The notes under the pieces were generated by a model. That model was not told where the DNA came from. It worked only from the letters and a program-made list of their open reading frames with translations, and searched no databases. This document shows positions 12,969 to 24,962 of a stretch of DNA of 64,000 nt, piece by piece (the stretch's first letter is position 1; the number at the start of each line of letters is the position of its first letter). The translations under genes and the position numbers were made by a program. The DNA is from Octopus vulgaris (lineage: Eukaryota), in contig OX597820.1 in NCBI GenBank assembly GCA_951406725.2, positions 126,480,001 to 126,544,000 on the forward strand. The letters are read 5' to 3'.

Positions 12969-13215
12969 AAAAGTCTTATATGGACCCTGTTTCAGAATCA
13001 TTGGTCTAGAGAGAAGCAGGCAGACAGACACTTACATATGTGCTGAAGATAATGTAATAAATATGCTTCTGTCACTCATGGGGTTTGACTAATGAATAAG
13101 CTACTGGGGATTGATGTGATTTATGCATTTGAGTTTTGTCTTAAAAGTTGTGAACTTCATAAATCTTAGTTGCTACATTGAACACTCCACAAGTAGAACA
13201 ATATTTCTGCTCAGT

Positions 13216-13237
13216 TACTACTACCACCACCACCACC

Positions 13238-13289
<52 letters not shown>

Positions 13290-13557
13290 ACGCCATAACC
13301 ACCACCACTGCTACTAATGCCAACAACCCCACCACTACTACTACTAATGCCATCACCACCACTACTACAACTAACACCACCACACTACTACTTATACTAA
13401 TACTAACACCACCACCACTATTACTGCTACTACTAATACTAACACCACCACCACTATTACTACTACTAATACTAACCACCACCACTATTACTGCTACTAC
13501 TAATACTAACTACTACTACTACTACTAATTCTAACTACTACTACTACTACTACTACA
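13216..13557. repeat. (ACT/ACC)n compound microsatellite
   Basis: Direct reading. Confidence 0.95.
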
Positions 13558-13795
13558 GCTGTTGCTATTGTTAATACTTCTGCTATTTATTCTCTTCTTC
13601 GTCCAAACACTCATAGCTATTTCTCTCATCTGATACAACTTCTTGGACAATTAAAAATAATCTTTTTTTTTTTCTTTTTAATTCTAATAACTGCCAAAAG
13701 AATCTGTCTGATCCACTGGTGCAAACCTTAATTAGAACTCTTTCTCTCAGATGCCAACTTTCTTGTCGTTAATATTAATCCTTCACCTATTCCAG

Positions 13796-13907
13796 GATGA
13801 AGTGTCCACCCTCGTTCATGCTGCTGGAAAATGTCAAAGGGTTTGAAGTGTCAGAAACAAGACATCTTTTTCTGAAGACTCTCAAGGCCTGTAATTACAA
13901 ATATCAG
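13796..13907 (+). CDS. TRDMT1: DNMT2/TRDMT1 exon with motif VI (ENV)
   Basis: ttccag|G ATG...TATCAG|gtgagc; MKCPPSFMLLENVKGFEVSETRHLFLKTLKACNYKYQ; phase matches the previous exon (AA|G = Lys). Confidence 0.95.
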
Positions 13908-13932
13908 GTGAGCTCTTGTTTCAACAGCATTG

Positions 13933-13988
<56 letters not shown>

Positions 13989-14328
13989 TGCAATAATAAT
14001 TTATTGCTGTTGTTGTTACTGTTGTTGTTTTTGTTTATTTTCTATGATAATATTTGATCAATCTTTTATATTGTTATTCATGGACAATTTTCAACAAGGA
14101 ATATATCTTTATGGTAGATTTTTCCTTCTTTTCTTATATATATGTGTGTGTGTATATGTATATATATATATATATATAATAATATTAGGGATTATATCCA
14201 AATTTACAGGGAAAAATTAGATTTAGGATTAAATCAAATTTCACAGTATAATTAATTATAATTAATTGCTTGAGTTGCCTAATAGTGGTTTTATCTCTAA
14301 TTTAATTTATATGTATATATATGTATGA

Positions 14329-14359
<31 letters not shown>

Positions 14360-14457
14360 TATACAGATAGACATTTTGTGTCATTAATTTCATGGGCTCC
14401 TCGTGAGCGTTTGTCGAAAAGCTTGTTGTGCATTTTGTTGGAGAATTAAGTTCCTGG

Positions 14458-14543
14458 ATTTTCCTGAAGAGAAAGCTGCAAAATGGACTCCTTATTCAAT
14501 CGGAATTAGGGACTTTGCAGACTTCGAAACATATGTCGAAAAT
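14458..14543 (+). ncRNA. type I hammerhead ribozyme in DNMT2 intron (sense)
   Basis: ATTTTC-CTGAAGA-[gaaagctgcaaa...tttgcagacttc]-GAAA-CATATG-TC-GAAAAT; helices I, II, palindromic III and core all intact. Confidence 0.85.
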
Positions 14544-14592
14544 AAAATAAAGGAATTTGGTTAAATCTTCGTTCAGCTCCATTCTTTACAAT

Positions 14593-14623
<31 letters not shown>

Positions 14624-14825
14624 GCATATATATATATAAATAATGTATATGTATACACATACACACATATATATGCATATATGGGTACAGGACGTCACAA
14701 ACCATAAACAACATGAAATATAAAAACAAAAGAGTTGAATACGCAAACGAGAGAAACAAATGGAAAACAGGACAAGTAACATAAAGAACGACCCTTCATC
14801 AATTGTCGGCTGTCCATCTACTCCT

Positions 14826-15026
14826 CAGGGTGTTCACAAAGTCATTAGACAGAAAAAAATGTTTATTAAAATTACAACATTAATTGCAGTCTGAGACTTA
14901 AATAGATAACATTAATATTAAGTTTGATAATAGCATCTTTACATGCAGCAAAAATTTAGTTGCCACCTCTTCTAAATTTTTTGTGATGGCCTTTTGAAAT
15001 TGTCTGAAGATTTTGTGGACACCTTT
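14826..15026. mobile_element. Tc1/mariner-type MITE
   Basis: cagggtgttcacaaagtc...gattttgtggacacctt terminal inverted repeats. Confidence 0.6.
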
Positions 15027-15456
15027 AATATACATATCTATGTTTTATGTATTTTATTTTATCTTTTTTTTTTATTTTATCTTTTTTTTTATTTTATCTA
15101 GTTTCAGCTCACGAGCTGTGGCCATGCTGGGGCACCGCCATTTACATATATATATATTCAATTCCCAGACCGTGTTCATGTTGTGTTCTTGAACAAGACA
15201 CTTTCTTTCACATTGCTCTACTTCACTCAGCTGTAGAAATGTGTTACAGCATCACTGGTGCCAAGTTGTGTCACCCTTTGTCTTTGTAGGGTTAGATGAA
15301 CCCGTGGTCACTGCCTACGGTTGATAAGTATCAAGTAGGATATTCTAGTTGTGTATGCAGAGAACAACAACCCTATGGGTATTTAGCACGATAAGCCTCA
15401 ACAGAATTCAGCCACATCCCTGCTGTATTCTTGGAATATATTTTGTTTTCGAAACT

Positions 15457-15546
15457 GCTTCATCTGATGATTATGGTTTTTTTGCAGTGAAGTAGTTTTC
15501 TCATTCTTCTATTTAAAAAAGTGCATAAGAAACAGCTGTAAAGAGC
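15457..15546 (+). ncRNA. degenerate hammerhead motif in DNMT2 intron
   Basis: CTGATGA-TTATG...CATAA-GAAA-CAGCTG-TA; core intact but helix I poorly paired. Confidence 0.55.
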
Positions 15547-16557
15547 TGACAATCATTCATTGTCTGTCATTATTCATTTGATTATTATACCACACCACAT
15601 CATGCCACACCACACCACACCACACACTGCAACACAACATACAACACATCACCACTCCAACACACCACAACACAACACACCACACTACATTGCACCACTC
15701 TGCACACACTAGCATTGACCACTTCCCATCACCCACACCACCACACCCTATCACACCACCCCGTACATACTAGCACTGACCACTTCCCAGCACCCACACC
15801 ATCATCCACACACCTACACATTTACACACCCACACGTCAATGTCACCAGCCCCTATCTACGTGCATATACATGCTCTCACAAACACACACGCACACCTTC
15901 ATTTTGGGATTACCACTACTTTATTATCTCCCCTTCTTCCTAGCTCTCCTGTCTGACTACCTCTGTCCGGCCATTGCCATGATTGACCGCTAGCCATTAA
16001 AGCTTTTTCTATTCTCTCTCTGTTTATTTTCTCATGTTTCTTTCTGTTGAAGAGTGTTGTCTCGAAACATAAAAGACTTTCTTACCTTACCGAGCGTTAA
16101 ACTAATACACCTATTTGTTGTTTACACACCTGTCTTTGTCTTTTGTTTTTTTGTAAATTCCAACTATAGGTAGGGGGTCTCCAAAAGGGGTCTCAGGGAG
16201 TAGCATCCCTGCTTTCCTGAGCTAGTTTTCTACTACGTTTCTTAAAAATCGTGATGGAGGCTTTGGTCTTGGGACCACTCATGTCTAGAAACTTAGTTAT
16301 GGGTAAACAAGGGCATGCTCCCTGTTGAAAATCCAGCTCCAAAAAAGCCTCATGATAGCAAAGGAGAATGGGCACCAGCCAGCCCAAAGGTTGGGGTTGG
16401 TTGCACCTGCCTACCTTGGTTGCTATTGAATTGAGATAGATCCGTTCACTCCCATTAACGGGGACAAAACTCGGATTTAAAACACTGAATGATGATTATG
16501 ATAATGATAATGATGATATAAATGATTCACTCTCCTCTCAATCTTTCTGTTCTGCAG

Positions 16558-16665
16558 GAGTTCATATTCACCCCACTACAGTTTGGTATCCCAAATAGTC
16601 GATCACGATATTATCTCGTAGCAAAAAAATACCCAGGAAAGTTTTATTTTGATTTAACAGACGAA
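16558..16665 (+). CDS. TRDMT1: DNMT2/TRDMT1 exon with motif VIII (PNSRxRY)
   Basis: ctgcag|GAG...GAA|gtaagt; EFIFTPLQFGIPNSRSRYYLVAKKYPGKFYFDLTDE; phase 0/0. Confidence 0.95.
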
Positions 16666-16789
16666 GTAAGTATAATTTTCTTTTGAAAACTTTTCACTCT
16701 TCTTTTGAATATTGGCATCAATATTCTTTGATTAAGGTTGGTGATTAACAGACTCGTTATTGCATCAGCTAAAAATGCCTTTACAATAC

Positions 16790-16976
16790 TTTACAAGTAT
16801 TAACACTACCTTAGCACGCTCAGTTATGGCTTGAATGAATCTCAAGAAAGAAATCGGTGAATCATTGAATGAATTCAACATGATAATAATTATTTGTTTT
16901 TTTAAAACTTCAGTCAGTAAAAGATGTCTATGACTTGAAAATGTAGACACAGCAGCTGAAAAACTCCGTAAGCAGT
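16790..16976 (+). pseudogene. duplicated intron end plus 5' part of the DNMT2 exon at 20132 (pseudo-exon)
   Basis: Aligns by eye to 20008-20192 with few differences; acceptor CAG retained (16911-16913); reads SVKDVYDLKM then TAG at 16944-16946. Confidence 0.85.
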
Positions 16977-17568
16977 ACTCACTGATGTTGACCTTGCTTT
17001 TTGTCATTTGGTATGGAGGGTGGGTGTAAGATATATGGCAGTCCAGTACTGGTCTCCATATAATTGACTGTTTTCTTCCCCCTCCTCTTTGCTTGCAGCT
17101 AAATGGATTCTATTAGACGGTGCAGTTAAATGGGGTGGTCGATTAACCATTGAAATCAAGTCAAAGGACATGTGAGTACCTGGTCTTTGGGAGGTGACTC
17201 AGACCATGATGAACTGTCTAACCCATACCAGCTGGGGAAGCAGGCATAAAATGGCTGCCTTCATTTGGTCAATAACCCAATAACTGTGGTCAGTAAATGA
17301 CATTTTTAACCCCTTTGGCAGATTTCTCTGTCAAATGTAATACTTATTTATTCACATTGATTTGAATTAGTCTTGCATTACCTTATACCTCTGAGACTTC
17401 AATGACATGATTGTTTATATTCAGAATAATATTGTAGGGTGAGTGTGATAGGTCAGATCTGGTTGGTTTAAAGATAAAGCAGGTAGATTATTTTGATTGG
17501 TTATGGCCAGTTTAAATGCTAAAGTGTTGAGAAAATGAACTTTTCATGAATTCTTTGCTTCATTTCAG

Positions 17569-17936
17569 TTGCAGGAAGAGTTACCAGCTTGCTCTAAACA
17601 ATGGTTGCATCACATAGAGCCTTCTGAAGACTGTGGTGAGACCACTTGCCTGTCACAAGACAAAGACATCAACTGCTTACTGACTTGTAAAACTGAAAAG
17701 GAAGAAATTAGGGATTTTTTGGACTATTATAACAAATATAGTACAATCCTACACCAAGAAGAGTTTGAAAATGGTATTTCTTACCCTAACTGCAAGGCAC
17801 TTAAAGGTTTCTTAGAAACTAATCAATCAAAAGAATATTATGACCAGTTTCTAATGCCAGAAAAGTACTTTTCATTGTTTGTAATTTTAGATATTGTCTG
17901 TCCTCATTTACGTAAGAGTGTCTGCTTCACAAAAAG
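17569..17936 (+). CDS. TRDMT1: DNMT2/TRDMT1 variable-region exon ending in the CFT motif
   Basis: tttcag|TTG...ACAAAAAG|gtaaag; ends LDIVCPHLRKSVCFTK. An in-frame alternative acceptor exists 6 nt downstream (17575). Confidence 0.92.
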
Positions 17937-17954
17937 GTAAAGTTTTACATTCTG

Positions 17955-18044
17955 TTATCATTATTAATATTATTATTATTAAAGTTATTATTATTATTAT
18001 CATTATTATTATTATTATTATTATTATCATTATTATTATTATTA

Positions 18045-18096
<52 letters not shown>

Positions 18097-18113
18097 CATT
18101 ATTATTATTATTA
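17955..18113. repeat. (ATT)n microsatellite just 3' of a DNMT2 donor site
   Basis: Direct reading. Confidence 0.95.
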
Positions 18114-19050
18114 AGGTAGCAAGCTGGCAGAATTGTTAGCATGCTGGATAAAATGCTTAGCAGTATTTCGCCTGTCACTACGTTCTGAGTTCAAATTCCA
18201 CTGAGGTCAACTTTGCCTTTCATCCTTTCGGGGTCGATAAATTAAGTACCAGTTACGCACTGGGGTCGATTTAATTGACTAGTCCCCTCCCTGCAAATTT
18301 CAAGCCTTGTGCATTTAGTAGAAAGGGTTAGGGTTATTATTATCATTATTATTCGGCAGCAAGCTTGCAGAATTGTTAGCTTGCTGGAAGTAGAAAGGAT
18401 TATTATTATGATTATTATTATTATTGTCATTATCATTATTTTTTTTGTATTTAATTTTATTATATTTTTACTATGGTATACTACGATGCTTCTCTTCAAT
18501 ATCTTATTGCATTCTGTATATATTTTCTGTACATTTGTGGCTGTGTGGTAAGTAGCTTGTTTACCAACCACATGGTTCCGGGTTCAGTCCCACTGCGTGG
18601 CACCTTGGGTAAGTGTCTTATACTATAGCCTCGGGCCGACCAAAGCCTTGTGAGTGGATTTGGTAAACGGAAACTGAAAGAAGCCCGTCGTATATATGTA
18701 TATATATGTATGCATGTGTGTCTTTGTGTGTCTGTATTTGTCCCCTACTTAGTGGTTCGGCAAAAGAGACCGATAGAATAAGTACTGGGCTTACAAAAAG
18801 AATAAGTCCCGGGGTCGAGTTGCTCGATTAAAAGGCGGTGCTCCAGCATGGCCGCAGTCAAATGACTGAAACAAGTAAAAGAGTAAAAGAGTAATATATT
18901 TTTTCTTTCATTTCATTATATGTAAACCCACCACATTTGATGTCTGTCTTTGTACTGTCCCACCTCATCCTTTGCCCTGGTGGCAAATAAAAGAAATCAT
19001 TACCATTATTATTATCATCATTATCATTTTCATCGTTTTGTTTCTATTAG

Positions 19051-19108
19051 GTATGGTCACTATATTGAAGGTGCCGGTTCCATGATTCAAATGTCCACAG
19101 ATGGTCAA
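19051..19108 (+). CDS. TRDMT1: DNMT2/TRDMT1 58-nt exon completing CFTxxYxxYxxGxGS
   Basis: tattag|G TAT...CAA|gtaagt; (R)YGHYIEGAGSMIQMSTDGQ; phase 2/0. Confidence 0.95.
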
Positions 19109-20131
19109 GTAAGTATTTTCGCAATGGTTCCATCTAGAACTCTTCCATTAGCACTGAGTCATTCAAAGTTTATTTCAACAAGGTTTTTGGTGTTACACCA
19201 GGATTACACAGTCGTTACTTCAAAGTTTTTAAAAAAGAAGCACTTATGGAAATAGATATGAACATGGAATAGAGGTGTAACAAAAATGTTGTTTTTTTTT
19301 TTGTCAGTAAGTGTTATTTCCTATTTGCTTCTTTTTAGAAATCAAGGGAAATGACTACCGTTCCCTTCAAAATTTGCTTTTGTGACATGGACATCAGTGT
19401 TTTGAAACTGACCTATTTCCCATTACATTTCAGACAGGTTCAGTGCTGAGTTGCTGAAGCAGAACTATCGTTATAGCAAATATTCTGCTCAATACCACAG
19501 ATCTGCTTGTCAGTTGCTTGACCTTAACCACTTGAGCATGTCATTTAGCAGTTAACACTATGTGCAACTCTGATCATGAGCAGGAGTAGAGTAGTGGTGA
19601 GACATCATAGCCATGTGTTGAGAGGAATTTGGAGGGGTTTGAGTAAACGTTTGAATAAATGTAACAAAAGAAACTAAATACCAGCTGCCTGCCAGGGCAG
19701 TATTCTATCCGTCCACCGCTTTGGACTCTGTCAGAAACCCACAGTCAAGTTATCCAGTGCATAGTGTGCACCTATAAAATGAGGTTCCTCTAATGGGTCT
19801 TCGGAGTTACGCTACTTGACAATGTGCATAGCTCAGGGTTAACAACATACCCTTAACATCTGAGATGTTAAAGGTATGTTGTGTGGGAGATTTGGCTGTT
19901 GCTTCTAGCCGGTCAAATGATCTCTTAGGAACTTCTTCATTGGCTCCTAGTAATACCAATAGCCATCAGTATTTATCGGAGGAATTCTATTACATCTTTC
20001 TACCTATTTTACAAGTATTAACACTACCTTAGCACACTCAGTTATGGCTTGAATGGATCTCAAGAAAGAAATCGGTGAATCATTGAATGAATTCAACATG
20101 ATAATAATTATTTGTTTTTCCAAAACTTCAG

Positions 20132-20288
20132 TCAGTAAAAGATGCCTACGACTTGAAGATGAAGACACAGCAGCTGAAGAACCGAAAGCAGTGGAGCGAG
20201 GAAGAATTTGATGTCGTACGGAAACTAAAGCTACGTTTCTTTACCCCAAGAGAGATTGCTAATCTCTTATGTTTCCCTCACACATTCG
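20132..20288 (+). CDS. TRDMT1: DNMT2/TRDMT1 exon with motif IX
   Basis: cttcag|TCA...TTCG|gtgagt; [52 protein letters not shown]. Confidence 0.93.
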
Positions 20289-20315
20289 GTGAGTATTTTG
20301 AACAAGATTTGTCAG

Positions 20316-20317
<2 letters not shown>

Positions 20318-20368
<51 letters not shown>

Positions 20369-20406
20369 TTTCTCTCACTCTCTCTCTCTCTGTATATATA
20401 TATATA

Positions 20407-20472
<66 letters not shown>

Positions 20473-20640
20473 TACATTATATATATATATATATATATAC
20501 GTATGTATGTGCATGTATATATGTATATGTATATAAATATATATACAAAAGATATGTACGTATGTATGTGCATATATATATATATATATATGTGTGTGTA
20601 TGTATATATAAAATATGTGTGTGTGTGTGTGTGTGTATTT
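20318..20640. repeat. (CT)n-(TA)n-(TG)n compound microsatellite
   Basis: Direct reading. Confidence 0.95.
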
Positions 20641-21936
20641 CTCTTTCTCTCCCCTTCTGTATTTCCGTCTTATTGCAGCTTCTTTCTCTCTCTCTCTCTA
20701 TTTATCTTTTTATCTATGTATCTGTCTCTTCTTATTCATTATCTGCCTCAAGCGCCGCATCCCCCCATCTCCCCCCTGTCATTCTGAATTTCCTTATATC
20801 TTTCCGCTTATGCTGATTCCATCCTTTTTTCCATTCCTTCCCTACTTCCTCTCTCTCTCTCTTTCTCCCTCTCTCTCTCTCTCTCATACACACACACACA
20901 CATCGTGATCATCCTCATTGTCATCATCATTATCATCATTATCATCAGTTGCCATTGAAACTCAGGGCCTCAGAGATAGAATGGAAATGATAAGGAATAG
21001 TCAGCAGGTGAGAATGGGATTGATTCCACACCGGTCTGACACCACCACCACCACCACCACACTCATGCTTCATGTTATTCGCCCCCACCCCACCCTGGAA
21101 TGTTGCTCCACCCTTGTTCCTCTTTGCTTTCTCCACCCTTTTGACTGGAAGGAACCTTGTACCAGAGAATTCCTGTTGGTGGTGGGATGAAGACAGGGGC
21201 CAGACACGATAAGCAGTGAGGGGTGGTGGTGGGGGATAGAGATGCTGGGTGGGGGTGGAGAAGGAAGTGCCTGGACAAGAATGGTTTTGGAGTTTATCAT
21301 TTTAGCACAAATAAGCTACTACCACCACTACTCTCACTACTACCCGCACTAACTTCAGTACTTCCAATTCAATCACTACCACCAGCATCATCATCACCAC
21401 TATCACCATCATCATCATCACCACCAGTCATCATCATTCCCATCCCTGTATTGCTGAAGCATCCGGCTTCCATTGTCCCCACCACTATAGATGGCGGCAC
21501 CATTATTTAAGCCAACGAGGAGGCCATTACTTGGCTGCTTGGTCTGGTAGAAACAGCAACCAAATCTTCTTCAAATAACATCCTACCAACTTAAAAATGT
21601 AGTCCTGGGCTTCCTGCACATAAAAAGAAAGAAACAATGGGATGGTCACATCTGGAATATGTTTGGTCATAGATCTGCTCAGGGCTAACCTGTGACTAAC
21701 CACCAATACCATCAGGAGCCCATGATTAACCTTTTCTCAGCCATATCCTGCCAAAATATTCTACCAGTTTTACGCTCAAATTGCCCAGATCTGACTTCTC
21801 ACACTCACCTTACAGTGTCATTCTAGAAATAAACAATCATGTCATTGAATCCCCAAAGTTACAAGATAATGCATGATTAATTGAAAGGGATGTCAATAAA
21901 CAGACATCACATTTGGCTGAGTGATCTGAATGTTAA

Positions 21937-22362
21937 CCCTTTCGTTACTGTTTTTTTATTTTGAGATGCTCAGTGTTTCTTTCAATTACTTTAACCCTTT
22001 CATTACCAACCCGGCTCTGGCTCTGTAGTACAAATGTCTTGTTTTCATAAGTTTTGAATTAAAATCTTCCACCAAACCTTAGTCACAATTTATGTTCCTA
22101 ACACCAGCTTAATGATAACGAAGTTTTTTTTACTAAATTCTTTCTTATATTTAAAGTAATTAAAAGAAACACACAGCATCTCAAAATAAATACAGTAACA
22201 AAAAGGTTAAATATAGCAACGAATTTAGTAAAATAACTTTGTTATCATTAAGCTACTGTTAGGAACACAAATTGTGACTAAAGTTTGGTGGAAGATTTTA
22301 ATTCAAAACTTATGAAAACAAGACATTTGTACTCAGATCCAGGGCTAGTTTCAGCGAAAGGG
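21937..22362. mobile_element. piggyBac-like MITE family A with an inverted copy of itself nested at 21995-22206
   Basis: TTAA at 21933, 21991, 22207 and 22363; outer halves rejoin to match 28494-28714. Confidence 0.85.
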
Positions 22363-23813
22363 TTAAAATGATAAGCTGCTAACAAACTCTCTCAATGCAA
22401 AAAGATAAGGAAATCTTTGTAGTGTTTTTGACCTGTTAGAAATAACTAAATCTCCTTTAACCCATTAGCACTCAGATTACTTTGTGAAATATAGGGTTTA
22501 CATATTCACATTGTTTTCAATTAATCATTTGGGTGCTTTTTATGTGCAGGTGGCACATAAAAAGCACCCACTACACTCACAGGGTAGTTGGTGTTAGGAA
22601 GGGCATCAAGCTGTAGAAACACTGCCAGATCAGACTGGAGCCTGGTACAGCCTTCTGGCTTCCTAGACCCCGGTCGAACCGTCCAACCCATGCTAGCATG
22701 GAAAACGGACGTTAAATGATGATGATGATGATGATGATGCATTATCTTGTAACTTCAAGATTTTGGTGATGTGATTGCATATTTTTAGAATGACAATGTA
22801 GGCTAGGTGTGAGAGGTGGTAAAGACAGGTAAAATATTTTGGTTGAATATGGCCAGCTTAAATGCTAATGGGTTAGACTGCTAGCAAACCCCCTCAAAGC
22901 ATATCTTAGATACACAAGAAGATAAGGAAACCTTTGAGCAATCCTTCGACCTGTTAGAAATAGCTAAATCTCCTGTAACTCTTTAACGTTCATTTTACTT
23001 TGTGAAATATAATGCTTATATATTCAAATTATTTTGAATTAATTATACATTAGCTCATAGTTTTGAGATTTTTATGATGTAATTGCTTATTTTTAGAATG
23101 ACATTGTAGGGTAGGTGTGAGAGGTGAGATCTAGTTGGTATGAGCATAAAAACAGGTAAAATATTTTGGCCAGAAGGAGCAGGTTGAAATGCTAAAAGAT
23201 TAAATCACACAATACTGTCTTTGCATGGAAAGAGACATTGAGTAATGTAGTCCTAGATACATTTAGCACCTCTGCCAATGCAGTTGATCTCTCAGACTTT
23301 CTTCCTCGTTGGCATGAAACAATATGGAAAGACTAAGAAGTACAGGTATGAGGTAAGAGAGAAGGGAAGGGTAAATGGACAGGTACACAGGTGTGTGTGT
23401 GTGTGTGAGGAGGTGATAACAATGTGCCAGTGAGAGAGTGAGAGCATGTGATATAAGGAGAGATTGGAGAAAGGATGATGACAGAATGATTGGGAGGAGA
23501 TGAAGAAGATTGAGAGAATCCCATGAAGTAGGAAGGAGAAAGAGAAAGGAAGATAAGATGTGTGTTTGAGGAAGAGAGAGAGTAAACTTCAGTGAGTGTG
23601 AGAGAATGAGAAACACTTTGAGAGAAAGAGAAAGAGAGAGAGAGAGGTGGAGCAGAATAAGTGAAAGATAGTATTGAAAAAGAGGATGTTTAACATGGAA
23701 TTTCCCCAAGACACTCTGATTCCAAGTGTGACCATCCTGACATATTTTTGGAGGTTTCTTTTATATTTTGTTTCAGTCATTGGATTGTGGTCATGCTGGA
23801 GCACTACTTTAAC

Positions 23814-24032
23814 CCTTTAGCATTTACACTGGCCATATCCAGCTTTGATATACTATTTGTTTTCTGTTCAAACTGGTTAGGTCCTGCCTCTCACACCTAC
23901 CCTACAATGTTATTCTGAAAATAAACAATCACATCATTGAAATCTCAAAGCCACAAGATAATGCAGGATTAATTCAAAACAATATGAATAAGTAAGCGAT
24001 ACATTTGACAGAATAATCTGAATGATAAAGGG
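23814..24032. mobile_element. piggyBac-like MITE family B (other copies ~17310-17526, ~21730-21936, ~22460-22872, ~22980-23200)
   Basis: ttaaccctttagcatt...aatgataaagggtta ends; shared internal ctcacacctaccctacaatgt. Confidence 0.7.
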
Positions 24033-24544
24033 TTATAGGGTTCAGTTGAACAGACTGACCCCTGTGCTCAGGACTGGACTTAAACCAGGGGCAGGTGGCA
24101 GGCACTTCAAATTTGATGGGCCCCATCTCATGCACAAGAATTAAAATTTTGGAAAATTAGCAAATTTATATCTCAAAACCCATCTATTGCATGTAATTGT
24201 ATTTGACGAGGAAGCAGAGAAAGTTGAAATAAACGGCTGAAAATGTTGCTTTATAGATACACTTTTCATAATTCAAATTTTTTCCTCACACATCCACTTG
24301 CGGTGTTTGACTTTTCCTTCATTGTGAAAAGTACAATGAAGGAGGGAAGAGGGAGTAAGATTTTCTTTTTCTTTTAACGTGAGTTACAAATGTTTCAGAA
24401 TGTAAAATACATAAAATGACGGAAAATTACAGAAAAGAAAAACATATCATTTTATTTAGTGGTTGTTGTTCCGAAGGTATGATGTGTGTGTCTGTGTGAG
24501 GGAAGAGACAATCATTGAAAAGACATGGATTTTTAAACTTCATT

Positions 24545-24962
24545 GGGGTCTTTTCGGTTTGAACGGCAGTTTTTTCTAGCGATGTCATATGAAATTGTCA
24601 ACCATAATTATGACCCTAGAATCGATCTATTGCATTTCAATCTGTTTTAGAGTTAGGGTTAGGGGTGGGGGGAAGGGTATCTTTTTTCTTCAGAAATGTA
24701 AATAAACCCAATCTGTTTCTTAAATGAGAGACATATTCATACGGCACAGGATGTTTTCACCTCAATAGATGTCATTGATTGGTTGAAATTGCAGAAACTG
24801 AAAAAAATAAACAACAAATATCTTACAAACTATAGAATTTTCTCAAGAAAGCCAAGAGAAAAAGATGTTTTATAAACACATTCTACCAGTATACGAAGTT
24901 TAAAAGTGTTTAGTTACGTGGAAATTATTTTTAAAAACTGCCGTTCGAACCGAAAAAATCCC
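24545..24962. mobile_element. unclassified non-autonomous TIR element with 6-7 bp TSD
   Basis: ~30-bp TIR ggggtcttttcggtttgaacggcagttttt / aaaaactgccgttcgaaccgaaaaaatccc; flanks ttcatt(g); internal ttagggttaggg. Confidence 0.8.

Noticed and set aside
13797-13799. ATG as the start of a standalone methyltransferase ORF
   Set aside because: It is internal: preceded by a splice acceptor in phase with the upstream catalytic-motif exon.
24646-24665. Interstitial telomere
   Set aside because: Only 2-3 units, internal to a TIR element.
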